Source: Acidobacteriota bacterium (GTDB lineage: Bacteria > Acidobacteriota > Aminicenantia > UBA2199). From it: a stretch of DNA of 64,000 nt. The translations under genes and the position numbers were made by a program. The stretch lies in NCBI GenBank assembly GCA_025456205.1, contig JALOLA010000004.1:21980-85979 (forward strand), given 5' to 3'. Positions within the stretch are counted from its first letter, which is position 1. The number at the start of each line of letters is the position of its first letter. Below the pieces are notes generated by a model. That model made no database searches. It worked only from the letters and a program-made list of their open reading frames with translations, and had not been told where the DNA came from. This document shows positions 63,616-64,000 of this stretch, one piece after another.

Positions 63616-64000
63616 TTGTCGCTCACGCTCGTTTGCTCCCTGATCCTGCGCGCGGTGCCTGCCGATGCGGCACCGCCGGTCCCGGCCGCCGAAAAAGGTT
63701 CAACCGCCGTTCCGGAAAAAGCCGGGGACGAAGGCAACGCCTTTGTGGAGCAGGAATCCCCCGTGTTTGAAAATGAAAAACCCAGGCGGGGCGCTCCCCT
63801 GGTGGTGGGGGCCGCGGTCGTGCTCGTTGTCGCGGCGGTATATTTCCTGGCCCTCAAGAAACCCAGCACCGCCAGCACCAGGATCGAGGTGAATTCGGTC
63901 CCTGACGGCGCCAATATCACTCTGGATGGCCGGAATTCCGGCAAGGTGACCTCTTATACGTTTCCGAACGTGACCCCGGGATCCCACGCCGTGAAATTGA
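63616..64000 (+). CDS. PEGA-domain protein, 5' partial at window end (start uncertain, possible TTG 63616)
   Basis: Hydrophobic N-terminus, TM VVGAAVVLVVAAVYFLAL, then VNSVPDGANITLDGRNSGKVTSYTFPNVTPGSHAVKL, a PEGA motif. Runs off the window. Confidence 0.5.
   Translation, partial: MSLTLVCSLILRAVPADAAPPVPAAEKGSTAVPEKAGDEGNAFVEQESPVFENEKPRRGAPLVVGAAVVLVVAAVYFLALKKPSTASTRIEVNSVPDGANITLDGRNSGKVTSYTFPNVTPGSHAVKL

Overview
This 64-kb window is gene-dense. The first ~5.6 kb is visibly AT-rich, then the sequence switches abruptly to GC-rich DNA at ~5.6-5.96 kb; the GC-rich part has Acidobacteria-like gene content. The AT-rich block carries a tight 5-gene + strand operon: a KamA-family radical-SAM aminomutase-like gene, CoA-transferase A and B subunits, a HemL-like class-III aminotransferase and a PcaF-like thiolase. 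Together these read as a candidate beta-amino-acid to beta-keto-acid to CoA-ester to thiolysis catabolic route that I do not recognise as a described pathway. The GC-rich remainder encodes a Cys-type formate dehydrogenase alpha subunit with a FocA-like channel (FdhD/MobA lie 15 kb away), a propeller-sensor LuxR one-component regulator and enolase. It also encodes two M16 peptidases, pirin, AmpG, TilS next to a CAT-anticodon tRNA and a YtrA-type GntR/ABC operon. Other groupings are a translationally coupled LuxE-like ligase + transglutaminase-like pair, an overlapping PaaK/CapK-like ligase + S51 peptidase pair, an ACP-centred lipid-modification-like cluster and a caspase-domain protein beside an ECF sigma/anti-sigma pair. 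The window ends with EttA, a DEAD-box helicase, GT2/GT4 glycosyltransferases and a PP2C-STK-FHA-thioredoxin-PEGA signalling module. The most unusual non-coding signal is a family of at least 8 intergenic elements, each made of 4-5 tandem heptamers paired with their inverted complement to give long imperfect hairpins. Each locus uses a different heptamer, but two sub-families share identical cores across loci ~20 kb apart. Many long ORFs in the six-frame track are antisense or frameshifted artefacts of GC-rich coding DNA. I found no rRNA, CRISPR array or recognisable transposase.
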